64,000 nucleotides of DNA. Origin: Camelus dromedarius (Eukaryota). Shown here one piece after another: positions 13,450 to 27,804 of the stretch (position 1 is its first letter; each line of letters opens with the position of its first letter). The stretch lies in assembly GCF_036321535.1 (NCBI RefSeq), contig NC_087436.1, forward strand, positions 27,034,001 through 27,098,000, read 5' to 3'. A program made the translations under genes and the position numbers. The notes under the pieces are model-generated. The model ran no database searches and was not told the origin of the DNA. It was given only the letters and a program-made list of their open reading frames with translations.

Positions 13450-15095
13450 CACTGTCAAAATAGAAGCAATAACAAAACAATCTACACATTCCCACTGCCA
13501 CATATTCCTACTTACCAGTATCTGAAGATATTGTAGTACTGCATGTTACCATACTTGAACTAGCCATAATTCTGCCTAAATTCAATAATTTCTGTTTTTC
13601 ACACAATTTCTCCCCTTTTCCCTTTGTACTTCAGTACATAGCCTCAGGAATACTTTGGGGCTCTCTTCTATATCAGCAATTATTTTCTGTCTATAGGCAA
13701 TTTCCATCATTATACAAACATAATGTTACTGTCACATCTTTAAAAAACATCATTTTTTGAGCCACCTCCCACAGCTATTTTTATTAATTGTAAAAGTCTA
13801 AGAAATAATTGTCTGTGCTATGCATCTCCAAATTCTCACAGCTTCTTCTCTCTTACATCCATTCCAACTAAGATTTTGCTCCCAGAGTTCCACATAAATA
13901 TCCCCAATGATTTCTACATTGTCAAATTTCATATCAGTTTATCAGTTTTTTTTCTTTTTAATTGATTTGTGACACAATTTAACATTCTCAACCTTGATGC
14001 ACTACTTCCCTTGGATATCAGGACACCACTGTCTTTTTTTTTTTTCTTTCCTCACTAGTAGCTCCTTCTTAGTCATCTTTACCAATTCCTACTCTTGCCC
14101 CACCCTCTTAACATTCCTGGCAACCAAGAGCTGAGTCCTTGGTTCACTTATCCTGTGGACTGGCTTTGACTACCATGTATATGTTGTCAGCTGCCACATT
14201 CTTATTTCCTTCTTGGATCTTTTTTCTGAATTCCAGGCCCATAGGTGTAACTGCCTTTGTAAAATCTCCATATCTTATTGTCATCTCAAATTCAGCATGT
14301 CAAAACTAATCACCCCCTCCAAAATATCTACTCCTGCATTTTTTCCCATCTCAGTAATAAAGGTTAGGGGTACTCCTGATATACTTCTAGTTGCTTGTGC
14401 CAAGTATGTTTAGACAATTGATTCCCTGTTTCCCCCTCAAGCTCCATATCCTGTATCTCTAAAATATATCCAGTTACCAGTTCTCACCACTTCCATTGCT
14501 ATCATTAGGGTCTGAACCATTTCATTTCTGGACTCTAGTCTCTTCTACACACCACTAGGCAGTCGTTCCCCTTCTTTTTTTTTTTTTTTTTTTTGGTTTT
14601 CATCCCCCCTCTTCCTTTGTCTCTTCACAAATAAGCAATCAGTGAAGTTGATTTGAAATGTCGGTCATTCCTGCGGTGACTTCCCATTTTATTCAGCGTG
14701 AAAGCACAAATCCTTACACATATTCTGAAGACCAAAAGGAAATGTTTCTCCATTACTATCCTGACCTCCTCTGCAACTCCCCTCTCTGTCAAAGCAGTCC
14801 TTCAGCTGTTATCACCTCCTTGCTCTTCAGCCAATGCTTCAGGCATTCTCCTAGCTTCACACTTTGGCTGACTCTTCCTTGCTTGGAATCCTCCACTCCA
14901 GATATCAAATGGCCACCCTCCTCACCTGCTCCAGATTTTACTGAAATATCATTTTCTCAAGGATACTCTTCTTAAGGATGCCTTGATTAACCTATTTAAA
15001 ATTACAAGCACACATTTCCTCTGAACTCAATAGTCTGTTCTATTCTGCTTTTTAAAAAATGAAAAAGTTCTTCTTCAGCATGTAGGAATGTTCTA
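13450..15095 (+). mobile_element. LINE-2 fragment (3' part of ORF2 and 3' region)
   Basis: Pyrimidine-rich L2 strings CATCTCAAATTCAGCATGTCAAAAC, TTCCCATCTCAGTAA, AAAATATATCCAG and TTCTCACCACTTCCATTGCTA. Appears to resume at ~15750-15810 after MER82. Confidence 0.75.
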
Positions 15096-15101
15096 ACAGT
15101 A

Positions 15102-15744
15102 CAGTCAGGCCTCATTATTTGAGGATTCCACATGTGAGATTTCATTTACTTGCTAAAATGTATTTGTTACCCAAAGGTAGTACCCAAGGCATTTTCATGG
15201 TCATTCTTAGACATGGGCAGAGAGGCAGAAAATTTGATCCATCGGACGTGCAAGTTCCCAGCTGAAGTCAACAATGTTGTATTCCAACTTTTGGCTTCAG
15301 CTTTCATACTGTAAACACATCTCCTTTTTATGGTATTTTTAGTGGCGTGTTTTTCACATTTTTTGTTGATGATTTTCCTGCTTTAAGTTGCCCTTAAGCA
15401 TAGAGCAGATGTGCTTGCTGGTGTACACAGACATTAGTAGGCTATGGTGTGCCTTATGGAGGAATTTTGTGCATTAGGTAGATAATGTTAATTTTCAGGC
15501 TTGAGTGATGGTGCTGTTGACCATGGGTTTAGTGTAAAAGAATCAATGATATATATTAAATACAGTATCTTTAAACAGAAACACACATAGAACAGTCAAT
15601 GTATTGATCAATTGACAGAAATGTGACCAGAGATTCACAGGAACCTCACTTTGTATTTCCTCTAGAAGCAATGGTTAAATATTCACTAATTCAGTTTTCC
15701 CACTGACTTTAAAGAACATACCTTGAATAGTGAAAATTTTTTTG
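15102..15744 (-). mobile_element. MER82 (TcMar-Tigger non-autonomous DNA transposon), near full length
   Basis: Starts CAGTCAGGCCTCATTATTTGAGGATTCC. Internal GTTCCCAGCTGA, TCATACTGTAAACA, CTTTAAACAGAAACACACATA and CAGGAACCT. TA TSD at 15100-15101 and 15745-15746. Confidence 0.88.
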
Positions 15745-16070
15745 TATTTGCATTTTACTGGATAGAATTTAAGCTTCTTGATGAATAAACTATAAGCTCC
15801 TTGACACAGAATACATCTACCATTATTTTATTTTCATAATTTATTTAATTATGAAATTTATAAAAACCAAAACAGGTAATGTGTACACACATATTCATAG
15901 GCACACAGCAAGGAAAATCTATAACAATTGCTCATCATAGTTATTACAAGTAGGTAAAAAATGTAAACATGTGCTAAAAATAATTTGTTTGGTGGTTGAC
16001 TGTGTGATGTGGTTCACAAATTCTTATTTAGTGGGCATTATGGTACTATATAGAGAGACTAGCCTGATCG

Positions 16071-16115
<45 letters not shown>
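16071..16115. repeat. (ATCT)n tetranucleotide microsatellite
   Basis: About 11 perfect ATCT units. Confidence 0.98.
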
Positions 16116-16116
<1 letters not shown>

Positions 16117-18739
16117 GAAAATCTCTATCAATCTAACCTTCTGGCATATGATATGTACCTAATATTTTTCATGGAAAGAAGGGAATAAATTTGTTATTCC
16201 TGGACCTCACTAGGACTGGAGTAAAGACACTTAATTTCATGAAAAAAAAAAAAGTCTGTTATTTTGTTATACTTTAAGAAATTTACAATATTTCAAAGGA
16301 ATAAAAGTAAAAACAAAATGAAAGTATTGCCTTATCACTTGTCTCTCAAAACAAGCTTCTACATAGCTGATCAAAATGCATCTCTTCTCATAGCATTAAC
16401 AAATAACTGTTCTAAAGGAATCCAATAACGGTTCTAAACAGCAGACATGCTACAGAGAAAATATCTCTATAATATCTTTTTACAGCACTGAAAAATTAAT
16501 CAAAAAATTGTAGGCTGTTGCAATGACAAGTACATTAATCTCAAAGCAGCTACATTGATATTTCAAAAAATATATTTTCTAAGTATCTTTCCATGACATT
16601 ATACAATTTATCTTTTTTTTTTAAAGTCTTTTTTGTTGTTGTTAAGCAAAGAGGAAATAAACTGTTTTAATGGATTAGCTGGACTGACAAAAGCATTCAG
16701 GGAAATGCCACAAGAACCCTGCTATGGGGACCTCAAATACGTATCATCAAGACCACATCCCTAGTTAAAAATGTAATGCATAGTATAAAATGTATAATTG
16801 ATTGTCAGTCAGGTACTGTTCTCTTTGAAAATAAAATATTCCAACATATAAACCAGAATACAGTAAGACAAGAAATAAGAATTTAATGGATTTAGCATAT
16901 GCCATGATGTCTATTAATGAATTATGAACTTTCACACCACTCTTGTATACAATTGGTCCTAAATTTAAACAGTAATTTTCACATTCTCTTAACTATTCTT
17001 TTTCTACTGGAGGGGTGTTATTATTTGCCTTACATAATTCATAGAAAAACATTTATACTACTTTTTGTTTATGGTCTAATAAATTGTTGTACTGTTTTGA
17101 TTAATTTCTCAGAGTTATTTTATAATAAAAGACAAAGATGTTTTTATACACATAAAAATTATACATAATTTTATTTTACAGTGCATTTAAAGAAGAAGCA
17201 TTTTCTCATTCTTTACTTAAGAATGTGGAATTTTGTTTAAAAATTACATAGAAAATTTAGTATATCCTGAGAGAGAAGAGATAAATTTTTGATGTGTATT
17301 AACCATTGCATTAAATTAGAATATTACCTGATCCAAAACAGGTATATTTTCTTTATTTGGTAAATTTATTTGTCCTTTATTTGGGTTCTAAGCTAGATTC
17401 ATAACTACCAAATAGTTGGTATATATGACTGCACATGTTATTGGCTAAGTGGGCATGATGTCTTCACGAAACATTATTCTAGACAATGTACTTGTCCATA
17501 ATATTACCACATCCATGAAATATGAAGCATGCATTTAATGCCTATTATTTCAATGACTTCTATGACCTTATAAGATGTGCTTCATTGTAGACAAATCTAT
17601 AGTATTAATCAAAAAACTAAAATTTAATTTATATCAATGACAAAGTACGACAAATGCCAATATAGAATTTTACTTTTACTGTATCTGGTTCAAGAGAAGC
17701 ATTGTATATTTCCTATAAGAATTTTTGTGGTCTTATTCAACTGAAAGATGATATTTCTCCTTAAGGCTTGGGACAGGTATGACATAAATTAGAACACTTT
17801 TAGAAAATTACTTAAATGATTCAGATTTAAAATATTTTACTAAATAGTAGCCATATATATGAGAAATAAGTGCATATTTTAGATAAACTTTCTACATATT
17901 GAATGATTATCATGAATATATTATTTGTCACAAAAGTTGATTAAACACAGCTAAATGTTTACTTCCTATTCCTAGCCCCATTAAAAAAATTCTCTAACAT
18001 ACCTGGTTAGTGAAAGAACAAGTATTATATAAATAGTACATAATGAGAAGAAAAGGCAACGAATAAAAATTTCTTGTCCTATGCGACTTTTTGTTTAAGT
18101 AGTTATAATGCAGAAAAACATTTAAATTGATAGATGAATATATAGAAGCATAGATAAATAGAGATGGAAACATGGATATAAAGATCTTAGATGAATGGAT
18201 AGATGGATGGACAGACAGATGGATATAAACAAATAAACAGATAAGCAGATTTTTAGATGACTGTACCTCCCAAGTAAGATATATATTATATTAAATATTT
18301 GACAGTAATTTCATTCAATATATAAATCTATGTATGTAATTTTAAAAATATTTTTAGAATAATTTTGTCTGTAAATACAACAAATCAGATATATTTTAAA
18401 GCTTCCTACCACATAAATGATAGAAGTTGTGGCATGAAACATTCATCAAAATATTCTAATAATTTTAAACTTTCATTGATCACTAGTAATTGTTGACTTG
18501 ATCTTTTGTTTGATGCAATGTATCACTGGATAAATGAGCACCAAACTTTTCCAAGGTCTTCCTTATTAAGTTCACATTGAAGATTCTTCAGGTGCCTAAG
18601 AGGGGGTTTATGTCACTGAAAGGAGGTGCCATTGATTTGTAATAGGTAGTCTTTTCCAGTGAAACTCTATTTCCACGGGAAAGAAAAAATGGTTTTGGCT
18701 GACAAATGTTGACTGGTCCAAATAGGTCATCTCCTCACA

Positions 18740-18850
18740 GACCAATCAAATGTCATGGGATAAAGGGAGGTGGCTGGGGCAGAAGGTATATTGTTACTTG
18801 CTAAGGTCCACATTATAAAAACAAAAGACAGAACAAGGTCTCAAGTTTAT
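18740..18850 (+). promoter_or_regulatory. Candidate Pol II core promoter (CCAAT box, G-rich box, TATA box)
   Basis: GACCAATCA at 18740-18748, GGGAGGTGGCTGGGGC at 18765-18780, TATAAAA at 18814-18820, and Inr-like TCA about 29 nt after the TATA, in non-repeat DNA. Motif-based only. Confidence 0.3.
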
Positions 18851-19964
18851 TATTTTCCCTGAGATAGCTTGATACTGCAGAGGGAGTACAGTCTCATACT
18901 TTGGGGACATTTTCTGAAATATTATAAATCATTAGAGGTAGGCCATCACATGATCATTTATCTGCCACCATGAACCGCAATAAATTCTCCAGAGGCAATC
19001 TGCACCAAATTAAGCTTTCCCCTTAGGCATTTTTTTTCAAGGATTTACAGAATATTTTTTTTTCAACTTGGCATGGCAGGCTCCTTTCCTCCCAAAGGCT
19101 TTGAACCTGAAGGCAGTTCTAGGAAATTGAAATAAACAAGATAGCTACAGCAGAATCACTGCCTTTAGTATCAAATTCAGAAAAAAAATTCCTTGGAATT
19201 GCAGTGTTTGATTTGGAAATCATGTAGAAGAAATTTATATCACTATAGACACTACTCTAATAATGGAAATGGAACTATTTCAGTATTTTTATTAGGTAAT
19301 GTATCTGAACATTCCTGCCTGTACCAGCAGAATATCAGCCCTGACTTATAAAATATTCCAAATTTCTTAAAACTTTTTAATTGGATATTTCATGTAATTT
19401 AACAAATACTTTTGGAAGTATATTGGTTAACATATATGTTAATATGCAAGTATTTAATTTTGATTAAACTTTAATGTACAAGTTTTATACTAACACATGT
19501 AGATATTACACTAATAGATGTCATAATGCTTGTATTCATGAAATAAAACATATAATCATGGTATAGTATTCATTTGCTTTTCAAAATACTTAGTTTGAAA
19601 TTTTTGTACATAGATTTAAAGGTATAATTGGATGTCCTTCCTTTCTTTTTTCCTGTCTCTCTTTTTTCCTGCTTTCCTGTCTTCCTTCTCAACCTGTAAG
19701 AATTTGGGATCAAAATTAGGAATAAATTAAGCTTTTATTAATGAATTGAGGATATTTATATTTTTTTCCCTCTGCTCTGAGATAGTTTGTACATAGAATG
19801 CTTCTGTTCTTTGTAAGTTTGACCAGTTAAGTATTGGGAAAATATATTAATCATTTGCCCATCTACTTTTCAAAGTACATTGGTTATATTTTTATTTATA
19901 TGTTTATCATATTTTACGAATGCATTATGCTTGCTTAGTGTACAGTTTAAGGTTTAGATCATAA

Positions 19965-20201
19965 GCAATTGTAGGAGATGATAGCGCTGTCATAAATGTT
20001 TCTGAGGCTGGAGCTAGAAGTGCCCAGGGCTGACAGTCAAGAGGAGAAGATACATGTAAAGTGGATAGGGCCAGAACAGCCTGGAACCCGCAAACACAAG
20101 CTTGTGCCCAGAAGTTGGACTGAAACCTGTGGAAGTTCTTGTCCCCTCTTACGTTTTTGTATGAGTGTCCTGCAGAAACAATTTGCTCATCATAGAGCTA
20201 T

Positions 20202-20254
<53 letters not shown>

Positions 20255-20480
20255 ACCACATGCACGTGCTTACACACAGACACTGACACACTCACCTGAC
20301 TTGGGAGTCAGAAAAGTTGAAAAAGGATCCTAGGGAAGGTAGAGCACTTGCGGGGCTGACCACTGCTTCATACCAACAAGGTGTTACAATAATGTATGTG
20401 AACCATGAAAAAGCTGTGACTTGGCTTCCAGACTACAAATCTCCTGAAAGAATATTTCTTATGGCCCACAGTGGCTGAAA
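19965..20480 (-). mobile_element. Old ERVL-class LTR fragment containing a (TACACA)n microsatellite
   Basis: GGCTGGAGCTAGAAGTGCCCAGGGC...GATACATGTAAAGTGG...CTGGAACCC resembles old ERVL LTRs; the subfamily and strand are uncertain. Microsatellite at ~20204-20254. Confidence 0.45.
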
Positions 20481-20639
20481 ACAGACAGATCAGTTCCCCC
20501 ATTAGTAGGAAGGAAACCAAGGGATCACACACACCTGCACTAGTGTAAATGGCAGACAGGACTAAGACAAGTTAGTGATGCAGACCTACAACAGAGAGAG
20601 AGTGTCTACAAAAGAACACGCTGTCCTAGAATTGTGTTC

Positions 20640-21097
20640 CTGCTCTTTCCCCATGCCCGACCGCCTCTTTTACTTTCTCTTCTCTCATTCCACCCCACAG
20701 GAGCCACATTGGCCTCTTTACTGTTCCTGGAGCTATATTCTTTTACTGGGCAGTTTGTATTGTTGTCCTACTTCTGGGCACATTCTTACCCCAGATATTG
20801 TGAAGTTTCTTCCTCATTTTCCTCAGAACTTTTCAGTGAGGTCCTGACTGATAACCTTGGCTGAAAGTGGAAACATCCACATTTCCTAACCTTCGTTAGT
20901 AATATACTTTTTTTTGGTAACACTGATCACCATTTAACATACTACATATTTTACTTATTTATTCTGTCTAGATTCATTCTCCACCTAAGCTGTAAGAGAA
21001 TAATGTTTTAGCCTGTTTTTAATTCACTTCTCTACCCCAATTTCTATGAGAGCCAGACACTTAGTATTTGAATACTATTTTTTTACTGAATGAATAT
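20640..21097 (+). mobile_element. LINE-2 3' end
   Basis: AGCCACATTGGCCTC, TTTCAGTGAGGTCCTGACTGA, and terminal CCAGACACTTAGTA...TGAATGAATA. Confidence 0.75.
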
Positions 21098-22871
21098 GTG
21101 GTCTGACTGTATACAAGCTATAATTTCTAAAGTCAGTAATATCTCATGAATTTTACTTTAGTAAATAATTATTTTCTATGAAGACAGAAATTATGAGCAC
21201 ATTGCTTCAGTCACTGTGTGTTATTTGTATGAATAAAGTAGCTAAATAAATTAAACCAGATTTGCTTATATATTTGAAGTCATAAATTTAAGCATGTATG
21301 TGTGTGTGAGGGTGTAGTGAAATTCAGTATTCCAAAGAATTAAATATAATTAAAGTCTATATAATTGTTTCGACAAGAATTTTTTAAATTTTATATTATT
21401 AGACAGTGGCTTTTTGTGCACACCTGTATACTTGCAATTTCCTTGTTACATTTTAATTTTATTTTATTGTGGCTATCTTCTTACTATTCATAATGTAATA
21501 TTTATTTATGCCACAATTTATACTCACTTTAACATGAGGGGTTTTTGTATGCAGCAGTGCAGCACTATTTAACCAGTAATATCATTTACTCTTTATTCTT
21601 TATTATACAGTCTACAGAAATTAACTATTTAATACTCAGCATTATAACAGACTGAAAAACAGATCAATCTCATTAGTCACCTTGTATTTTCTAATTTTTT
21701 ATTAGAATGAATTACTGTCAAATGTATTCCTGTCTATCTTAACATAAACATCTTGCTGAAAACATGTGTGTGTGTGTGTTTCAGTATGTTGTAAAGCTGA
21801 AGTTAGTCTATGATGTCCCCTTCACTAATATTTCACCACACATGTATTACATTATTGCTCATTGAACTAATTCTCCTGAATTTAATATCTGATTCTTTAG
21901 ATGCAATCCTTAATGTAAGATGGGAGGTAAAATATTTTGAAGAGATAACATATATGTCTACCTACCTGTGTGCAATAGGTATATGAAATAGTTCTATGAA
22001 TGTACTAAATATGTTATTTCTCCTTTCTAAAACTGGATACTGTTAATTAAAATATGTAAAGAGACATGGCCAAATTTGTTTTTAACCCAAGATTGCATTT
22101 AGTGTGGTACAGAGAAAATCCTATTGTTTAATTCAGATATATAACAGAGTGGCAAGAACCAGAGCAGTTACATGATCTCATCCCTTTGCCTGTATAGTAT
22201 TCCATTAAATTTTTATTGTTTTAAACAATATCTTTACTTTTATCCTCAAGTTACCTTTTCTCACTTTAACATGAAGGAAAAAAAAAAAACCTAGCTAACA
22301 ACCCTGGGAAGAAAAAGTTATTAACTGAGAATGTAATAGGGCATCATTCTATATTTCCTACAGAGACATGTACTGTAAAAGCAAAATCAATTGTGAGATA
22401 CCAAAGCATTGTTCCGCAGCTCCATAATTTCTTCAGATTTGTTGTTTATTTGTTTTCATCAGCAAATCCAGTAATATGTTCTCTGAGAAACAAGAGTGCC
22501 AGGGATATAATTAGACTTGAATAAAGTTAGATTCTTGGTATGAGAGTTGTCCAAAAACAAATTGATAGAAATCAACTTCAATAAGGAAAAAAATATATAT
22601 TTAAAAAAATGAATTAGAGGAGTAAAGTTTTGTTCTGATAAGTCAGTATAACCTACTAGGAAGAAAATAGAAACAGTGTCAAAGATAAGCAGAATATAGT
22701 ATAGGTTCAAATGGAATCTGAAAAACAAATTGATTCAGGACTGTTCCTTACTTGAGAAGATAAAATTTTGTATGGAGAAAGTAAGTTAAGGAATGACAAT
22801 TTCCCAATTACATGGATGCAAATTACCTTCCCCCTACCACAATGAAAAAAATTTCCCCCAAAATGTGTAGT

Positions 22872-24020
22872 TATTTATTCATTCAAAAATGCATGCACAC
22901 CACAAAAATTTGCTGAGTGCTAACTGTATGACAGGGGCTGGGTTATGTTTAGGCATAATAAAAAAATAAAACATACACCCTTTTTCTTTGGAAGGTAGTG
23001 GGGAGATTGGCAGAAAGGGCAGGTGAACAGATGAAGGGCAAACACTTTTCATGAGATAGCTGTGCAGAGTATAGGGAGACAAAAAGGATGTGGGGCAAAG
23101 AGGGATTAGTTTACTCTGGGATTAGTCATCACACATGAGGCAAAAAATTGATTTGATTTTTAAAGCTCACACAGTGATCTGGAAGTGCAAGATTTTGGTT
23201 TGTGACGTGAAAGGTGTGGTATGTATTTCAGGCAAAAAGAATCATGAGAATAGCTGAACAAAAGCTTTTCTCATTTGTTGAATTATAAAGTTACATGTGT
23301 ATTATATATGAAGTTACATACATAGCTATGTCAGTATATATATGTATATACTAATATTGACATACATGTATCAATTTGTATACAATCACTATAGCATAAG
23401 GTGTAAAAAAAAAGACATCAGTGATACAGAGGGGAGACATCAGGAGGTAAAAATTTAGTATTTCAAGCAAGATTGCCGACTTTCTTTGTAAAAGTCCAGA
23501 AACTTAAGTATTGGAGGCCAAAATCTTTGTTCAGCTATTCAATTCTGCCATTAGAAGAGCTAAAGTGGCTATAAATAAAATAAAAGTTAATGGGAGTGGC
23601 AGTATTCCAATGAAACTTTACAAAACCAGTGGAACCTGGATTTGGCCCAGGGGCCGTAGTTTGCTAGTCCCTGATTTAGAATATGTAGAGGCGATGAAAC
23701 AGTTTCAAACAAGGGAGTGGTATAATCATATGTATGTTAGAAGACAATCATTCAGGTACAGGTGTACAAGATTTGTGAGTGATGTGGGAATGCAGGCATG
23801 TAGAACACATAGAAGACTGAGGCAATAGCTCAGGACAAAGTAATTTTCTGAACTAAGATAGGAGTACAGGGCATGGACAAGCTCCAGGATGAGAGGTATA
23901 AGGAGATAAAATCTGTATATGGTGATGGATGGTGATTGAGGTAAGGAGAGTGAAAAATACAGGACGCCTCCAAGATTTATGAATTGGATGAGTTGGAAAA
24001 AGATAGTGTCCTTCAAGGAC
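22872..24020 (-). mobile_element. LINE-2 3' portion, interrupted by MER58A
   Basis: Starts TTATTTATTCATTCAA...TTTGCTGAGTGCTAACTGTATGACAGG (antisense L2 tail). Purine-rich L2-like sequence continues after 23680. Confidence 0.6.
23468..23673 (+). mobile_element. MER58A (hAT-Charlie DNA transposon)
   Basis: TTCCAATGAAACTTTA...CTGGATTTGGCCCAGGGGCCGTAGTTTGCTAGTCCCTG matches the MER58A end; degenerate 5' TIR at 23468. Confidence 0.88.
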
Positions 24021-25149
24021 TTTTTTTGTACAGTCAATACTGACCTTAAATCTTCCTATATTTTGTATACACAAACTAAGGAAACATATAAGACTAAATC
24101 TTAGGTAATTAACTAGGGTTAACTGTTGGTAAGGGGTTTGTGGAGGATGAGAGGAGGCTAGTTAGAGAAACTAAAAAAAAAAAGGAGGAAGGGTAGAAAG
24201 ACTACTAAAAATATTAGCACATACGATAGTATTTTATTAATATATTTATGTAAAGTTTTAAAGTTATATGGTTGAAAATAGTTATATAGACTATTAAGGG
24301 ACCATAAAAATTAAAGTTTTTTCATGGGTAGTTTGAATACTTATCTCTGATATTGAACTGTGTAATTGATTTGTCAGATTTCTTATTTTATTCTAAGATT
24401 CAGAGAACTCAGTGTCAAACTGAATAATAAATTACAGTAATTCAATTAACTTTCATAGTTATTATATCATCTTCCTTTATTTTATATAAATAGCTTCCTT
24501 TTTACAAAAACTTAATATTAATGTATATATAGGTAAATATTATATATACATATTTTCTATAGGACAAAGTGAATTCCTCAGCATATATCGCCTTCATTTT
24601 AACTGCATCAAATTTTACTAGGACTGGGGAAAGTTATAATAGTGAGTTATATTAATTCAAACATCTCAGAAATTGACAGTAGTAATAATGTCTGTTGTCG
24701 TTTTTCAAGAGGAACAAATAAGGGATTACTTTTGACTGTGCCAAAGATTGTTAAGAGGACAGACTATAATTTCTAGAAATCAGAAAGCATACTAAATTAA
24801 GTTGTCATTAAGGACAGTGAACTTTATCACATTTGATTAAATAAGCTTCCATTATTACTCCTCCCCTACCTCTAGAAATTAGATCTCTTCCTAAACTTTG
24901 CAAGGCAGCTTTACAGGAGGACAAGATTGCTACACCAATGCTCAACTTCTTTCTAAAGATAAGTATAACAATTAGGGAAAGTGACATTGAAAGAAAAAAT
25001 ACTCAGTTTATAAGCACAAGGATATATGGATAAATCTTATAATAAATTTTCTACTTTTGGCAATGAAATTGTTAAATTTAGTAAACTCTTACAATCTTTT
25101 CATTTCCTTTAAAAATGTCTTCTTAACTTTTGAACATTTTTTCATTTGG

Positions 25150-27120
25150 TTTAGGAATATATAGATATATGTCTTCTTTCTCTTTTCGTTTTGCACGTTT
25201 GGAGTTGTATGTATATTACATCATATTTTATTTATTCCACAACTTTTTTGGTCTCAAAATTGTATTAATGTTTTATGTTTCATTTTTCTTTCCATTTTAA
25301 TAACTATTTTTGTTTGCTTCATATTATTTTGCTTTCTTTTTCTACTTCTAATTTAGAAATTAAAGACAGTTTTTATTTTGTTTAAAGTGGTTATCACCAA
25401 CATTTTGATATGTATAATTTATAAGTTCTAAATTTATTAAACAGCCTTATATTCTTCTAAGAAAAAGAATCAAGAATTTAAGGATACTGTAAATCAAATT
25501 TAAACAACAAATCATGCTATTGTTGTGCTAGATATTAGATTTAGGTAGCTTTGTTTAATCCCACAAAACATATTATTAATATTTTATTATTATTACTTTG
25601 TTTTGCCTACATAATTAATAATGCCTTTGATTAACTTTTGTTCTCATCTCCTATGTAATATATCTGGGATCTTTTCTTCTGCCTGAAGCACATCCAGAGA
25701 TTTTTGCCTTCTTGAGATTCTATTAGTTGCAAACCCTCAATTTTTGTTTATATGAATATATTTCTATTTTGTCTTTATGAAAATTTTATTTATAGATTGA
25801 CAGCAGTTTTCCTGCACAGTTCATCAAAATTACTATTACACCATTTTTTAATTTAAAATATGGATGTAGAAAATTTAACTGTTTGTCTAAAGTTATTTCC
25901 TGAAGTATGTGTCACTTTTCTCTGGCTGCTCTTAAGATCTTTTGTTCTTTGTTGCTTTGCTGTATCACTTTGGTGTATTTAGGTTTAATTTTTTTTTTTT
26001 ACTTTTGCGTTTGAGATCCATTGAGATTCTAGAATCTGAATATATGTGACATTCACCAATTTTAAAACATTATCCACCGTTAGTACTTTGATTTTTACCT
26101 CTACACCAGTTTCTCTCTGCTTTCTTCCTGACATTGTAAAACAGTTGGCAAAACTTCCAGGTTCTACTCAATACTTCTCTTGTCACCACTGTAACATCTA
26201 TAGATTTTTCTTCCAATTTGCTCTTTTTTTTTCATCTGCAACTAACTAGCTAATTGCCCGTTTATATTAATTAAAATCCTTATTTTTCTTGAACTTTCTT
26301 GGTTGTTTTTCAAATATGCTTGACTATTTTTAGAAGTCCCTTGTTCTTTATGCATATATTCAATCAGTTATTCTATTACATCAATTATATTACATGTACT
26401 TATTCTATATGTTTAATCTTAATATCATTATCTATATTCATTTGTTTATGTTCTCTTTTTTATTCTTTTGGATCTTGCTCACGATGCCTTTGTTCTTTAC
26501 ATATGTAATGATCTTTGTAACTTTATGTTCCTTGAAACCTGTATAATAATTTTGGTGGTCTTGTTTGAAGGCTTTGTTCCTTCCAAAATAATTTATGGTT
26601 TGTTTTCCCTGTTTCTTGGTGATGTTATATGCCTGCAACCACTTTACATAAAAAAGTATTCCCTAGAGTTCTTCAGAAACACATGAAGACTATGAATCCA
26701 TAGATCATGTCATGTGAATGTTTTTGATTCTGAATTCTTAAGGTTGAAGTTTTACCTTCGCATAAACGTAAAGTTTGAAACAAACATATTTTCTTGACAC
26801 TCACTTTTGTAGGGTGGATTATTCTTTGGTTCACACTTATTCTAAAGGAAGAGCCATTAGGTCATTCAGTTTTATTTACTGAGGCTTCTGTCAGATTTCC
26901 CACAAAATCATACCCTAAACTTTATCTTTCCCGCATGGTAGCATAAATTGGAGGTTACATTCAAAAGGATTTAGCAAATGACCCTTCTTGACTCTCTGGA
27001 TTTCTTTTACTTTGTTGTCGTTCTCTAAGAAATTTTTATTAATGTATTTTCTATCTTGATACATTTCATGAGATGCTTTTATTTTTACACAGTTTCCTGG
27101 CATTTTTAGATTTTTTTGCT
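25150..27120 (-). mobile_element. Old LINE-1/HAL1-like ORF1-region remnant
   Basis: T-rich; TTTTCTTCTGCCTGAAG, CTATTAGTTGCAAACCCTCAATTTTTG and TTTTCTCTGGCTGCTCTTAAGATCTTT are typical antisense old-L1 ORF1 strings. Boundaries approximate. Confidence 0.6.
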
Positions 27121-27373
27121 ATATATATTCAGGTATATCATTTTTTAACAGCAGTGTTGATCAGTCTTCCTTTCTGCTACCACTATGTTTGAAGTAGATT
27201 ATATATGCATTATCTCATATTTGTATCTTCATAGAAATTTTCTAACTGATTAAGTCATCCCAAACACCACTTTCAAAATTGACTTTTCCCCAATCTGTAA
27301 CTTAAATGAGTTCCTATAAATTTCAAACTCATATTCATATTATTCAACTGTACTTCTCAAAATGTTTACTTTG

Positions 27374-27804
27374 TGTTATGGTTGAATTGTTTTCCTTCAA
27401 AAGATAGGTTGAATTACCTCTGAATGTGACCTTATTTAAAATTAGGCTCATTGTAATTAGTTCAGAGGAAGGCATGCTGAAATAGACAGGGCCCTTAATC
27501 CAATATGGCTGTACCCATATAAGAGACACAGAGACACCCAGGGAGAAGACTACCCATGTGATTATGGAGGCAGAGATTGGAATGATGTATCTGCAAGCCA
27601 AGGAATGCCAAGAATTTTTGGTAATTGTCAGAAGCTAAGAGAGACACTTGGAATAGATTCTCCTTCTGAGCCCTTCAAAAGGAATCGACATGTAGCACCT
27701 TGATTTTGGGCTTCTAGCCTCCAACCGTGAGAGAATAAATTTTCATTGTTTTAAGCCACCTGGTTTGTGGTAATTTGTTACAGCAGTCCTAGGAAGCTAA
27801 TAGA
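27374..27804 (+). mobile_element. MaLR solo LTR (MLT1C-like)
   Basis: TGTTATGGTTGAATTG start; GGAGGCAGAGATTGGAATGATGTATCTGCAAGCCAAGGAATGCCAA; AATAAAT...TTTTAAGCCACC...GGTAATTTGTTACAGCAG end. Confidence 0.92.

Noticed and set aside
23318..23372. Imperfect AT-rich hairpin as a pre-miRNA
   Set aside because: Low-complexity TA/CA sequence self-pairs trivially.
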